Positions 1 through 11,420 of a DNA stretch of 64,000 nt are shown here, one piece after another; positions within the stretch are counted from its first letter, which is position 1, and each line of letters begins with the position of its first letter. The stretch spans positions 5,573,356-5,637,355 of the forward strand of contig NC_068994.1 of the NCBI RefSeq assembly GCF_001194135.2. Direction: 5' to 3'. The notes beneath the pieces are model-generated. The model made no database searches. It saw nothing but the letters and a program-made list of their open reading frames with translations, and was not told the origin of the DNA. The stretch is from Octopus bimaculoides. Its lineage: Eukaryota. The position numbers and the translations under genes were made by a program.

Positions 1-160
1 TTTTTCAATACACGTGGAAATGCGTCTCCCAAGAGTCCTGATGGGTTTCAATTCTTAATAACTTCCTTAACTTCACAAATAAATGCATCAAGTTTTGATA
101 TAATATAAAAGATATAATGGAAATTATTATGCACGCGTCAAATTTTACAACGCTACTACA

Positions 161-418
161 TCACATATGAAAAATGATATCACTTAAGCCGCAGTCGTCC
201 TCGGTTTCACACGCCCTTGTTCTTTCCAAAACTTGCACCATAACACCCTCAAAAGTTTCAAACTCAACTTCTCTGATTTCTCTATTGATGTTCTCCATCA
301 ATTGCACCAGGGTCTCCGGTTTGTTGATGTAAACCTTCTCTTTCAGTTATCCCCACAAGAAAAAATCCGGGCTAGTGGATTCTGGGGAACGTGAAGGCTA
401 GTTGACATTGCCGTAGCG
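161..418 (-). mobile_element. Degenerate Tc1/mariner-superfamily transposase, C-terminal fragment
   Basis: Minus strand translates RYGNVN*PSRSPESTSPDFFLWG*LKEKVYINKPETLVQLMENINREIRE...LSDIIFHM*, matching the WPPRSPDLTPLDFFLWGYLKxxVY motif, with two in-frame stops where W and Y are expected. Confidence 0.85.
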
Positions 419-595
419 GGGGATTTTATTTCTTGATAGATCGGTCAACCATAACATCTTTAATTTCGAAATATAACAACTTTTTAATATCCAAGTAATT
501 TCTTTCCTCAAACTAAAATAATTCCTACACTTTCTACTTACAGATCTCAACTTCAGCTTTTATCATTTTGTTAAAACAAATACGCTTAGTGTTAT

Positions 596-808
596 ATTCT
601 TTTCTACTCTAGGCACAAGACCCGAAATCTTTGGGGAAGGGGGATAGTCGATTAGATCGACCCCAATATGCAACTGGTACTTAATTTATGGACTCCGAAA
701 GGATGACAGGCAAAGTCGACCTCTGCAGAATTTGAACTCGCGTAGACAGACGAAATACCGCTAAGCATTTCGCTCAGCGTGCTAACGTTTCTGCCAGCTC
801 GCCGCCTT
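596..808 (-). mobile_element. tRNA-derived SINE family A, near full length
   Basis: Reverse complement begins AAGGCGGCGAGCTGGCAGAAACGTTAGC (A-box-like), has a GAGTTCAAATTC B-box and ends CCTAGAGTAGAAAAGAAT; homologous to copies at 11212 and 50641. Confidence 0.9.
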
Positions 809-1122
809 ACGTTTAGCATTCGTATGAACAAGATGAAATAAATATTTTCCATATTTCTGATTAAATATTTCATAATTATACATATTGGGTGTTACTTTCA
901 AATGACTTAGTGTCAAAGCTTAATATAGCGAGAATATACTTTATAACTGAAGTTTAGCAGGTTAAACGGTCAGCATGCTTATCTCTTTTCAGTTTCAAAC
1001 TGGTTCTTTTAATGTGTAATTAACTCTAAAAATGTATTTTATGGAATTCATTAATTTAGCTATTTATTATCATGCTCTCTGAGTTAATTTTCTAGAAAAT
1101 AACTGGGGTTTTTCTTTTTCAG

Positions 1123-1172
1123 AAATCGAAGGAGAGTATGCGAATTTCAATATCAGCGGAGTCTTCATTGAT
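1123..1172 (+). CDS. PTP-domain gene, first exon visible in window (xIEGEYANFNISGVFID)
   Basis: Acceptor TTTTTCTTTTTCAG, donor GTAAGT. The 50-nt exon ends in phase 0, fits the next exon, and aligns with the DYINASxID motif of PTP domains. Confidence 0.75.
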
Positions 1173-1444
1173 GTAAGTAAATTACTTTCGTACTTTTTAT
1201 TATTTTACTTTAAAACTTCTGGGTTTAGATTGGCATTTTTATATCTGATGTAGTCGCTAGCAGCTAATGAGACTTTGACAGGCCTCACACGTTGGAATGA
1301 CACGGACATTACAGCTAGAGTGAGAGATCTGTGCCTAGTAGTCATTTTCAAATGGAGTAAAATGGAGCAGCAAGTGCCTTACACAAGGACTCAATAAGAA
1401 CTCACAGCATTAAGCAGAAAACCTAATCACTCAGTCATGTGCCT

Positions 1445-1558
<114 letters not shown>

Positions 1559-1914
1559 ATGTGCACATAGACGCAGATATACACATATTTATTCCTATTA
1601 CTATCATAATATCCCTCTAACGCAATCAACTTTCCAATGTTATAATCTTTGACTACGGCAATTTAGAATGTAGTGATTTAAAGATAGAGATAAATTTCGG
1701 CTGGTCTCGATGGATTCCGATGATTTGAACATGTAGCAACACCATCTTGCGCAAGACCTTCTCATGCTACTCTCGTTCTGCATGTTGCAGACAGTGCGAT
1801 ATGTATGTTTAATTAATCTATAGACCCTTACTGCAGACGTGGTTCCCTACTCATGGGAAATACTATAAACTACGGGTTCCTTTTAATACATTCTTGTTCT
1901 TCGTTTGTATATAC

Positions 1915-1994
1915 ACTGCCCACGGACATATGGCGTAGTGGTTAAGAGCGCGGGCTACTGACCCCAAGATTCCGAGTTCGATTTCAGGCAGTGA

Positions 1995-2039
<45 letters not shown>

Positions 2040-2210
2040 CAGCAACATCGAAAAATACCTTAGGAATGAGAACCCAGGTTCAAAATTTCCCCAAGAAACC
2101 TAATAAGCCGAAACGTTGTGTTAACAACAAACAAGATGAGAACAAATATCTGTCAAATGTAAATAATGTAAATAATGTACATAATTCCTCAGCTCTTAAA
2201 TATAGAACTA
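1915..2210 (+). mobile_element. tRNA-derived SINE family B with internal (TAA)n and Penelope-like tail
   Basis: A-box TGGCGTAGTGG (1931-1941), B-box GAGTTCGATT (1974-1983), (TAA)n spacer; tail contains CTAATAAGCCGAAACGTTGTGTT and ATGTAAATAATGT repeats. Confidence 0.8.
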
Positions 2211-2395
2211 TACACTGCTCTATTTGGTAGGTGTCATTTTATTTGAATCAGTGTTTATATGATATTATTACAATGAAACTGGATTATTTAATTTCCTTGA
2301 ACACTTTCCGACATTTCGCACAAGGAAATATTCTGGTTACATTTATGAAATACATATTTGTATGAAATATATACATACAAGCATATACATGTATG

Positions 2396-2460
<65 letters not shown>

Positions 2461-2499
2461 CATCAAAAGAGAATACTTGCAGGAAGTAATAAAGTATGA

Positions 2500-2676
2500 A
2501 TTTCATACACAGAATATCATGGAAGATTTATAGTTCCGATAAGAAACTTGATCAAGAAAATAAAGGAATTGATCAAGATACCACCAAAGAAGCAATTATA
2601 ATTTAAAAAAAAACATTTTAAAAGCAAGAAGATACCCACCACCTAATAAACACCTTGACGCATTTGAAGACGAGTT
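2500..2676 (+). mobile_element. Possible Penelope-like ORF relic
   Basis: Frameshifted HFKSKK / YPPPNKHLDAFEDEL resembles the FKxxxxPPxxxxLxxFExDL segment of Penelope-like ORFs. It is immediately followed by a SINE-E tail (TGGCCACAGTCAAATGACTG). Confidence 0.3.
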
Positions 2677-3153
2677 ATGGCCACAGTCAAATGACTGACA
2701 CGAGTAAAGAGTATACCAATTTTCAATATTGAGTACATTAATGTATTTAAAGTATGTTAATGTTAATGTGCAACAGCTTCAGTAGAGGTTGGACGATTGT
2801 AAAGAAATCCACAAACGTCTTACTTTGGGAGGTTAACAGAGCAGTGATTAGCATAAATGGGTCATCGTTTATAGAACGACCGATAAAAGTTGGGAACGAA
2901 TACGATCATCGGCCGATAATTAAGTGAAATATTCGTTGTTTGGTTTACGTTCTTTAATGTGTTGGTAGCATGTTTTAAAGGTATGAAAAGAGCCTAATTA
3001 AATGAATTTGGTGTGCAGAAGATATTTCACTCTTACAAAAAATACTTCGTTATAGTAAGACAAAACTTACGAATTAAGACTAAACCTGTATTTACTTTTC
3101 CTTGTCTGGTCTCCAGCTTTATATTTTTCTTCCTGTTTTTCTTTTGTATATAG

Positions 3154-3276
3154 GGTCCTTTTAGTGAAAAAGAATTGTTTGTTACAAAATCTCCAAACGA
3201 AAACGATGCTCTGGAGTTTTTGAGGTGTATGCGCAAAAGAGGTTACCTAAATATCGTAGCATTTGATTCAAGCGAG
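3154..3276 (+). CDS. PTP-domain gene exon (GPFSEKELFVTKSPNENDALEFLRCMRKRGYLNIVAFDSSE)
   Basis: Pyrimidine tract + TAG acceptor, GAG/GTAAAA donor, 123 nt phase 0-0, open frame; aligns with GYxxxxxFIATQGPxxxTxxDFWRMxxxxxxxxIVML. Confidence 0.85.
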
Positions 3277-4236
3277 GTAAAACTACAGATATTTTGTTTT
3301 CATACTAAAGTTGTCACTAACTATGTCATTGTTTCTAATTTATTGGTATCCAAATTGTAATAATCCCAGTTATTTCTTTCAAGAGATGCTGTACATTTTG
3401 AAAGCTGAGAGATATATTGCTAATGCTAACTTAATATATAATATTAGGTGGAGATTTTCAGGTTGTTAGTCATCAGATTTTGTTGGCACCATTGTATGTG
3501 TTTCCCCATTACTCTTCCTGAACAGAAGCATCGGAGAATTCTTCAGGACNNNNNNNNNNNNNNNNNNNNNNNNNNNNNNNNNNNNNNNNNNNNNNNNNNN
3601 NNNNNNNNNNNNNNNNNNNNNNNNNNNNNNNNNNNNNNNNNNNNNNNNNNNNNNNNNNNNNNNNNNNNNNNNNNNNNNNNNNNNNNNNNNNNNNNNNNNN
3701 NNNNNNNNNNNNNNNNNNNNNNNNNNNNNNNNNNNNNNNNNNNNNNNNNNNNNNNNNNNNNNNNNNNNNNNNNNNNNNNNNNNNNNNNNNNNNNNNNNNN
3801 NNNNNNNNNNNNNNNNNNNNNNNNNNNNNNNNNNNNNNNNNNNNNNNNNNNNNNNNNNNNNNNNNNNNNNNNNNNNNNNNNNNNNNNNNNNNNNNNNNNN
3901 NNNNNNNNNNNNNNNNNNNNNNNNNNNNNNNNNNNNNNNNNNNNNNNNNNNNNNNNNNNNNNNNNNNNNNNNNNNNNNNNNNNNNNNNNNNNNNNNNNNN
4001 NNNNNNNNNNNNNNNNNNNNNNNNNNNNNNNNNNNNNNNNNNNNNNNNNNNNNNNNNNNNNNNNNNNNNNNNNNNNNNNNNNNNNNNNNNNNNNNNNNNN
4101 NNNNNNNNNNNNNNNNNNNNNNNNNNNNNNNNNNNNNNNNNNNNNNNNNNNNNNNNNNNNNNNNNNNNNNNNNNNNNNNNNNNNNNNNNNNNNNNNNNNN
4201 TAATATTTCTGTCTTTTTTTTCGTTTTTCTACATAG

Positions 4237-4350
4237 GAAACACCTACTTACTTGCCTAGGACATTAAATGAAACTGTTAAAATTGGGCCATATCTCCTGG
4301 AACTAATAAATGTTGAAGGAAAAGATGTTTGTATACATAGAGTTTTGAAG
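4237..4350 (+). CDS. PTP-domain gene exon (ETPTYLPRTLNETVKIGPYLLELINVEGKDVCIHRVLK)
   Basis: TTTTTCTACATAG acceptor, AAG/GTTGAG donor, 114 nt; only the phase-0 frame is open. Aligns with YWPxxxxxxxxYGxFxVxLxxxxxxxxYxxRxL. Confidence 0.85.
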
Positions 4351-4750
4351 GTTGAGTTTGATAACAATGTAAGCTAATTTCATGTTTAAAATTTTGAAAA
4401 TGATATTACAGCTTAATGAAAGCAATACCTCATATTCCTGCATTGTAATATATTATTATATTTTGTTGGTTCATAATAACAACATAATTAAGGACTCTTG
4501 TTTCAGTAAGATGACAAAATCTTCCCGTACGTGACCGTTTACTCTGACTTGTGAATGCAGCTATCCAGCCCCTGAGAAAGGATCCGAAACCGGATGCTTT
4601 AAGAATAGACACCATTTACAGGTGGTCAACCCTATGGAAAACTTTCAATTGACCTTAGCTGATTTGTGCCATGTTCATTGACAGCTCTCTCACTCTATGA
4701 TGTATCAGATGAGGTTGAGGTCGTCGTGGATCGCTCTGCTTGGGGTGACA

Positions 4751-5295
4751 TGTACGCCGCTAGCCCAGAAGGAATATAAGAGACGCCACGACAATGTAGC
4801 CAGGCTTGTCCATTGGACACTTTGCAACAAGTATGGACTTGACAGAGCAAAAAATTGTCTTAACTGAGAAGAAGTCTTAATTGAGAAAGAAAAGAAACTA
4901 TGCTGGATCATAGACATAGCATACCCAGCTGACCACAAGGTATGCGATAAGGAAGAAAGAAAAGTCGAGAGATATGACAGATTAGCTTGGGAAGTTAAGC
5001 AGTTGTGGTCGCTGAAAAAGGTAGCAGTAGTACCAATAATTGTCNNNNNNNNNNATATGACAGATTAGCTTGGGAAGTTAAGCAGTTGTGGTCGCTGAAA
5101 AAGGTAGCAGTAGTACCAATAATTGTCGGAGCCCTGGTAACAGTGAGCAAAAATCTCGAGAAGTATGTGGAACAAATATGGGCTGCAATAAGGGTGGAGC
5201 AGTTGCAGAAAACAGCACTGCTTGGAACTGCTCGAAAACTCCGGAAGGTACTAGAAAAATTAGAGGTGTTACCTCAGTTTACTGGTAGTGAATAG
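4751..5295 (+). mobile_element. Non-LTR retrotransposon relic with restriction-like endonuclease (R4/Dong/NeSL-type), inside a PTP intron
   Basis: YKRRHDNVARLVHW, CWIIDIAYPADH, KVERYDRL, VVPIIVGAL and TALLGTARKLRKVL are RLE-domain motifs. Confidence 0.85.
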
Positions 5296-5369
5296 CTGAC
5301 ACTGAAAACCCAAAGAGTTTCTTTCAATTTTTATTCCCATTTTATTCACAATATTTTTTCATATTGCAG

Positions 5370-5521
5370 TCGAGGATCGAAGAATTTGAGATCAATCATT
5401 TCCAGGTTACCATATGGGCGGACGGAAATTATCCATCATGCGCAGAGATTTTACAACTAAGTGATATTCTCAGCGCTCATCAAAATGAGCAGTTCAATAA
5501 AAAAATTGCTGTGTATTGTAG
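5370..5521 (+). CDS. PTP-domain gene exon (SRIEEFEINHFQVTIWADGNYPSCAEILQLSDILSAHQNEQFNKKIAVYC)
   Basis: TTTTTTCATATTGCAG acceptor, AG/GTAAGC donor, 152 nt ending in phase 2 within the codon after the P-loop Cys, as in canonical PTP genes. WPD loop reads WAD. Confidence 0.9.
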
Positions 5522-6190
5522 GTAAGCGAAAATATTGATAAATTCACAAATTCACCCTACGATAGTCACTGACATTCAAGAATATTCATAGTTTCATTTC
5601 GATAGCTGGAATATAGAATAGTGTTAAACAAAGAAAATAACACTGAATTGACTGTAATATTTGTTATTACAAAGGTATATCTGTCAACTTCGTGATGTGA
5701 GAACCTCGCGATGGCTTCGCTGTCGTGACAACAAGTAAAACTAGGATTAACAGAAAAGGAGAGATTTGTAGATGCAAAAATTATGAGTGACATATATAAA
5801 AATGGTAGATCACGAAGTATTCAAGTTGAAATCTATATAAAGTATACAACACAACAAATACACAAAGTATACAAGGTGACAGATATACACATTATGCAAA
5901 ATGGCAGATATAGAAATATACATGTCAAGTAGTAGACATAAAATAAAGTGATATATAGAAAGGTGACGGATATACCTAAGTATACGAACATCGTCTACTT
6001 CGTTATTTATCAGTTTGTCCATATAAGTAAACAATGATTTTTAACGGAACTTCTACACACAATTGTAGAGATATATCTTGTCTCTGTACATAACTGGAAA
6101 TTTTGTCAGAATCATAATTTTACAATGTTAGAATCTATTATTCACATGTTTTTTAACGGTATACTTTTCTCATCCTTCTTTCATGTAAAG

Positions 6191-6326
6191 TAAAAATTTC
6201 CATAAAAGTGGTTTGCTGTGCATCATTCACATTTTAAAAGATGCAATAACCAGTCAATCAGTAATCAACATAGTTCGATTGGTTCGACTGATCAAGAAAA
6301 TAGAACCAAATATAATACCTGACTGT
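6191..6326 (+). CDS. PTP-domain gene exon (sKNFHKSGLLCIIHILKDAITSQSVINIVRLVRLIKKIEPNIIPDC)
   Basis: CATCCTTCTTTCATGTAAAG acceptor, TGT/GTAAGT donor, 136 nt phase 2-0; aligns with SAGxGRSGxFCxxxxxxExxxxxxxVDVFxxVxxLRxxRPxxV. Confidence 0.9.
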
Positions 6327-7173
6327 GTAAGTATAGCAACATTTTTTCTCACTTTGTTTTATGTGCTTCAACCAAGTCTTTGCAAAATATCAGAGAGAAA
6401 AATCTGTCGTTAAAATTTTTATTTGAACACTTTTCTGAAAACTTTTTCAAGTTTGGAGATCATTTATACATTAATGACTATTGGAATAAGTTCTTTCATT
6501 ATCTTACACTGAAATATACAGACAGTGAGTCGTACATATGTGGATGAATTTGATTAGCAGACTATATAGTATTGAAAGAACTGAAACATTTCCCTTGCTA
6601 CCCTAGACATTTTTACACGTATTATTTTGACATTGTAAATCTGGAGATCTTGCGAGTTTAAATTTCATTGTTAATGATAGGTAAATATTTCTCTCAATTT
6701 AGATAAACATATTCAACAGTACAGCAGAAGGCGACCACATCAATGAACTTTATACTTACTAATTAATAAGTAACCAGTGGTTGATCACTGAGTTAGGAAA
6801 TTTTATATGTTACTGTACAAAATCTGTAAATCACCATTATTTTAATCTCGATATTATGAGTGGAAATGAGTAGGACTTTTTAACCATTTATATCCGGGAT
6901 CACTAAAATACAGTTCACAATCACTTTGTTTAGGACAATATTATCTAATTAGACACACATCTCTAACATGCTCCATATTTTAGAAGATAATATATCTTCA
7001 TATAAGAAATATATCTGTGTAAATTAGTGCCAAGTGACTATTTCGAAAGTGGTTTTTATTAGACGTGGAAGGAATTTATAATGCAAAGTAAAGGATACAG
7101 TAAAATGAAATAATTGTGTATTAAGTAATTTTAATTGATTTGATTGTGTAACTCATATTTATTTCTTTGACAG

Positions 7174-7251
7174 GAATCCTACGCCTTTATTTGGGAAGTT
7201 GCTGCATATTTACAGAACGAATCGTCTCTATACGCCAATTTTGTACAGTGA
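7174..7251 (+). CDS. PTP-domain gene terminal coding exon (ESYAFIWEVAAYLQNESSLYANFVQ*)
   Basis: TTTATTTCTTTGACAG acceptor, phase 0, TGA at 7249-7251. Aligns with EQYxFxYxxxxxYL...YANF, the C-terminus of receptor PTPs. Confidence 0.88.
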   Translation, partial: ESYAFIWEVAAYLQNESSLYANFVQ

Positions 7252-7602
7252 TGCGTAGGAGTGAATTTTTTTGGAGACCCCCCCCCCCCATTATTCAAAA
7301 CAATTACTTCTTTGTTGGATAAAGAAAACAAAAGCCTCGCGAGAATTTTTATAGTATCTACCAAAGGAAATGGAAAACCATTTCAAGAAGATAAGAATTC
7401 GTCTCTCAAAATTAATTTACATGCTACGGGGAAGGCTTCATCTTTGTTTACACATATAAGCCAACTATGAGCATAATTCGGTAATAATACCTTATGCTAA
7501 TTACAGTAGCCAAAAGTAATTCGGAACACTTTTTTTTTCATGAAATGTCAATGTAAATTCATCAGGAAGCCTCAGAAAGAATGCGCTGAATTTATGGTTT
7601 TC

Positions 7603-7640
7603 AATAAACGAAAATATGTCTCTCCTTGCCTACAAATAAA
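7603..7640 (+). terminator. Candidate polyadenylation signals of the PTP gene
   Basis: AATAAA at 7603-7608 and 7635-7640, about 350-390 nt after the stop, followed by T-rich sequence. Confidence 0.35.
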
Positions 7641-10224
7641 TGGTTGAGGTTTTTCTCTCTTATACAAGTCAATTAACTTTGAAATATAAATATTGATATC
7701 TTGGAATTATTACAACTTTTCTTTGAGACTTGGCCACAATTGGCGATAAATTCTCTTTTGTTGTCTCCAACTGAGAAGATTATCAACTAATTTTTATTTT
7801 TCTGTTGTGTGTATACAGCATTCAGTATATCACCGGTTAACATAGTTATCCAAATCTATGTCATTTAATCTTTTGAGTCATTGCCCTTATTCACATTTTT
7901 CTTAATTATATATCTTACAATATTTTATCTGCTGATTTATTACAATCAGTTTCCTTTGCCCCTTTCTCCATTTTCAATATTTTGTTCTTTCACTTTTTTT
8001 ATCCTTTCTTATATTTAATCAACACACTTGATAACCTACATTTTAATATGATATAACGTTTGACATTCCTACAATTACAAGAGGTAACCTTCAGCTAATT
8101 CGAAACAGCGATCAAAGTTTTAATAGAAAACNNNNNNNNNNNNNNNNNNNNNNNNNNNNNNNNNNNNNNNNNNNNNNNNNNNNNNNNNNNNNNNNNNNNN
8201 NNNNNNNNNNNNNNNNNNNNNNNNNNNNNNNNNNNNNNNNNNNNNNNNNNNNNNNNNNNNNNNNNNNNNNNNNNNNNNNNNNNNNNNNNNNNNNNNNNNN
8301 NNNNNNNNNNNNNNNNNNNNNNNNNNNNNNNNNNNNNNNNNNNNNNNNNNNNNNNNNNNNNNNNNNNNNNNNNNNNNNNNNNNNNNNNNNNNNNNNNNNN
8401 NNNNNNNNNNNNNNNNNNNNNNNNNNNNNNNNNNNNNNNNNNNNNNNNNNNNNNNNNNNNNNNNNNNNNNNNNNNNNNNNNNNNNNNNNNNNNNNNNNNN
8501 NNNNNNNNNNNNNNNNNNNNNNNNNNNNNNNNNNNNNNNNNNNNNNNNNNNNNNNNNNNNNNNNNNNNNNNNNNNNNNNNNNNNNNNNNNNNNNNNNNNN
8601 NNNNNNNNNNNNNNNNNNNNNNNNNNNNNNNNNNNNNNNNNNNNNNNNNNNNNNNNNNNNNNNNNNNNNNNNNNNNNNNNNNNNNNNNNNNNNNNNNNNN
8701 NNNNNNNNNNNNNNNNNNNNNNNNNNNNNNNNNNNNNNNNNNNNNNNNNNNNNNNNNNNNNNNNNNNNNNNNNNNNNNNNNNNNNNNNNNNNNNNNNNNN
8801 NNNNNNNNNNNNNNNNNNNNNNNNNNNNNNNNNNNNNNNNNNNNNNNNNNNNNNNNNNNNNNNNNNNNNNNNNNNNNNNNNNNNNNNNNNNNNNNNNNNN
8901 NNNNNNNNNNNNNNNNNNNNNNNNNNNNNNNNNNNNNATACACCAAAATTATCTCGAAATAATACATGGGCTAAAACAGGGATTACTCGAGAAAGCAGAT
9001 GGTAAAAAACTGATTTTTGTAATGAAATGGTAAGCTCTACACTTCTCTCTGTTTCACTCTTTATTTTCTTCTCTTTCGCATACACAACAACTCCATACCA
9101 CCCCCATAAACGCGTGCGCACATTTTACCATTCATCTCTCTCACACAACATTGCATATTTTGAGTATTTTATTTTCAAATATTTTGTACAAAGCTAACAA
9201 TTTAGGTGGGTAGGGTGATCGATTACATCGATTCCAGTGCTCACTACTATTTATTTTATCAAATCCGAAACGTTGAAGTGCATAGCCGCCCTCGGCTGAA
9301 TTTGAACTCAGAATGTAGCGATTGGGAAATAATCCCGCTATGCATTTTGTCACTGCTCTAAAAAGCTACTCACTCGACGCTCCATTCACCACACTATTTC
9401 TAAGCAGGTTTGATACCTTGTGCGTCCTTAAGCTCAGTCCTAGTACCATGCACACGATGAATGTTTGTGTTTCTATGTAGTCACATTCCGGTTCACTAAC
9501 TGTGCAGAACAGCGAAGATATGATGGACTAAAAGAAGATTAGGCTGCGCCCATTAAACAACTGGTACTCTTTTTCAGTTATGTAAATTGCAGCAATGTAA
9601 AACGAAGCATCTTGCTGAATAACACAACATGTTTTCCAGTACATGCATCCAATATACTACATTATGCTCGTGAGCTGACGGCTCTAGCCACTAGCCCCGC
9701 TAAGAATGCCTTCTGCATAGTTTCTCCTCTACCAGACTCCACAGGCACTTGTCGGACTTTGACTCGAGTATAAGACAATTGTCTAAGTTGCGTGCAGTAG
9801 GATCGAGCCACACAATCATGAGTACCGCTTATTTGATTGATCCTGGAATCATTTAAAGTTGCCCTTGGCGTAATCTGAACTCAGGATGCCCTAACGCTTT
9901 GATTGTTCGGCTCACCGTCCTACTGCTAAATACCGTAAGCTCTTTTTATTAGCAACCGAAGGCTACAAAGGAAAGGGCAATGGCAATAGAAAGTTATAAA
10001 AAAAAAATTGAGGTCTCATATAGAATCGATTAGGGGAAGAAAGCAGCCAGCAAAATTATATTAGCTCACGTTTAATAATTGAGATGTGTTGAAGGGAGGC
10101 TATTTTCGATCACAATACATCACTGTATTGTCAAGTATTTTATCAACCTCCGAAGTATGGAAAGTAAAATTTATGGAAAGCCATGCAGCGTATCTAGCGC
10201 GACAAAGCCTGGCGGAGCGAATCC

Positions 10225-10345
10225 CTCTCCTGGCTAAACCCATTTCTACAGCTGAGTGGACTGGAGCAACATGAAGTGAAGTGTTTTTGCTCAAGGACAC
10301 AATGCATCGCCCGGTCCAGGAATCGAAACAGCAATCTTAATCATT
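10225..10345 (-). mobile_element. SINE family C fragment
   Basis: CAGCTGAGTGGACTGGAGCAACATGAAGTGAAGTGTTTTTGCTCAAGGACAC...GGAATCGAAAC; its reverse complement is homologous to 23595-23710. Confidence 0.75.
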
Positions 10346-10655
10346 ACGTAATGGGGCGAAAATATACTGGGAAGTATTTTGTCCATTACTCACCCCAATC
10401 TGTTAATCTTTTTCCCCCACCTTTTGGCACAAACCCAGGCGATACTACTGATCCGAGTATTTCACTGGTACTTTATTTATTTTTTTCAAATCCGAAACAA
10501 TGAAAGATTAAGTTGAGCTCGATTGGAATCGAACTCAGGCTGTAAAGAGCCAGAAAAATATCCACTAAACATTTTGCCAATGCGCCAACGATTTTACTCG
10601 CTCAACGCCGTATATAAGTGTTGCAAATTTAGGCAGTGGGTATTAATTTAATACG

Positions 10656-11010
10656 TGGAGGCGCAATGGCCCAGTGGTTAGGGCAGCGGACTCGCAGTCA
10701 TAGGATCGCGGTTTCGATTCCCAGACCGGGCGTTGTGAGTGTTTATTGAGCGAAAACATCCAAAGTTCCACGAGGCTCCATAACTGTCTCTCGCTCTTAC
10801 TTCCTGTTTCTGTTGTGCCTGTAATTCAAAGGGTCAGCCTTGTCACACTGTGTCACGCTGAATATTCCCGAGAACTACGTTAAGGGTACACGTGTCTGTG
10901 GAGTGCTCAGTCACTTGCACGTTAATTTCACGAGCAGGCTGTTCTGTTGATCGGATCAACTGGAACCCTTGACGTCGTAAGCGACGGAGTGCCAACAAAC
11001 AACAACAACA
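10656..11010 (+). mobile_element. tRNA-derived SINE family D, full length, (CAA)n tail
   Basis: A-box TGGCCCAGTGG, B-box GGTTTCGATTCC, 3' end GACGGAGTGCCAACAAACAACAAC; 3' part recurs at 33428-33567 and, reversed, at 47103-47280. Confidence 0.9.
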
Positions 11011-11211
11011 TTAATCTAGTACACTTACCCCAGTACTGGACTGATACTTTAATTTTTCCACTCCGGCGGGAGGAAAGAGTAAATTGACCGCTGTCGAATT
11101 TGAACTCAGAACGTATGGAGTCGGAAGAAATACTACTTTCTAAATTTTGCCAGCGCGCCACTGTGATAATAATAATAATAATAATTGTTTATAATATAGG
11201 TACAAGGCATT

Positions 11212-11420
11212 AAGGCAGCGAGCTGGCAGAATAGTTAGCACTCCGGGGCGAAATGTTTAGCGGTATTTCGTCTGTCTTTACGCTCTGAGTTCAAATTCTG
11301 CCGAAGTCGATTTTGCCTTTCATCCTTTCGGGGTCCGTAAATTAAGTGCCAGTTGCGTACTGGGGTCGATCTAATCGACTGGCCCCCCTTCCCCAAAATT
11401 TCGGGCCTTGAGTAGAAAAG
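11212..11420 (+). mobile_element. tRNA-derived SINE family A
   Basis: Homologous end-to-end to 596-808 (reverse) and 50641-50862 (reverse). Confidence 0.9.

Noticed and set aside
439-500. Possible additional PTP exon (RSTITSLISKYNNF)
   Set aside because: The available donor gives the wrong phase for the 1123 exon and no PTP motif is recognisable.
7261-7470. 69-aa ORF with poly-Pro
   Set aside because: It lies just after the PTP stop codon in the presumed 3' UTR; the poly-Pro comes from a C run.
10656-10730. tRNA gene (also 1922-1995 and 40011-40080)
   Set aside because: A/B boxes run straight into SINE bodies that recur in the window, and no complete cloverleaf forms.
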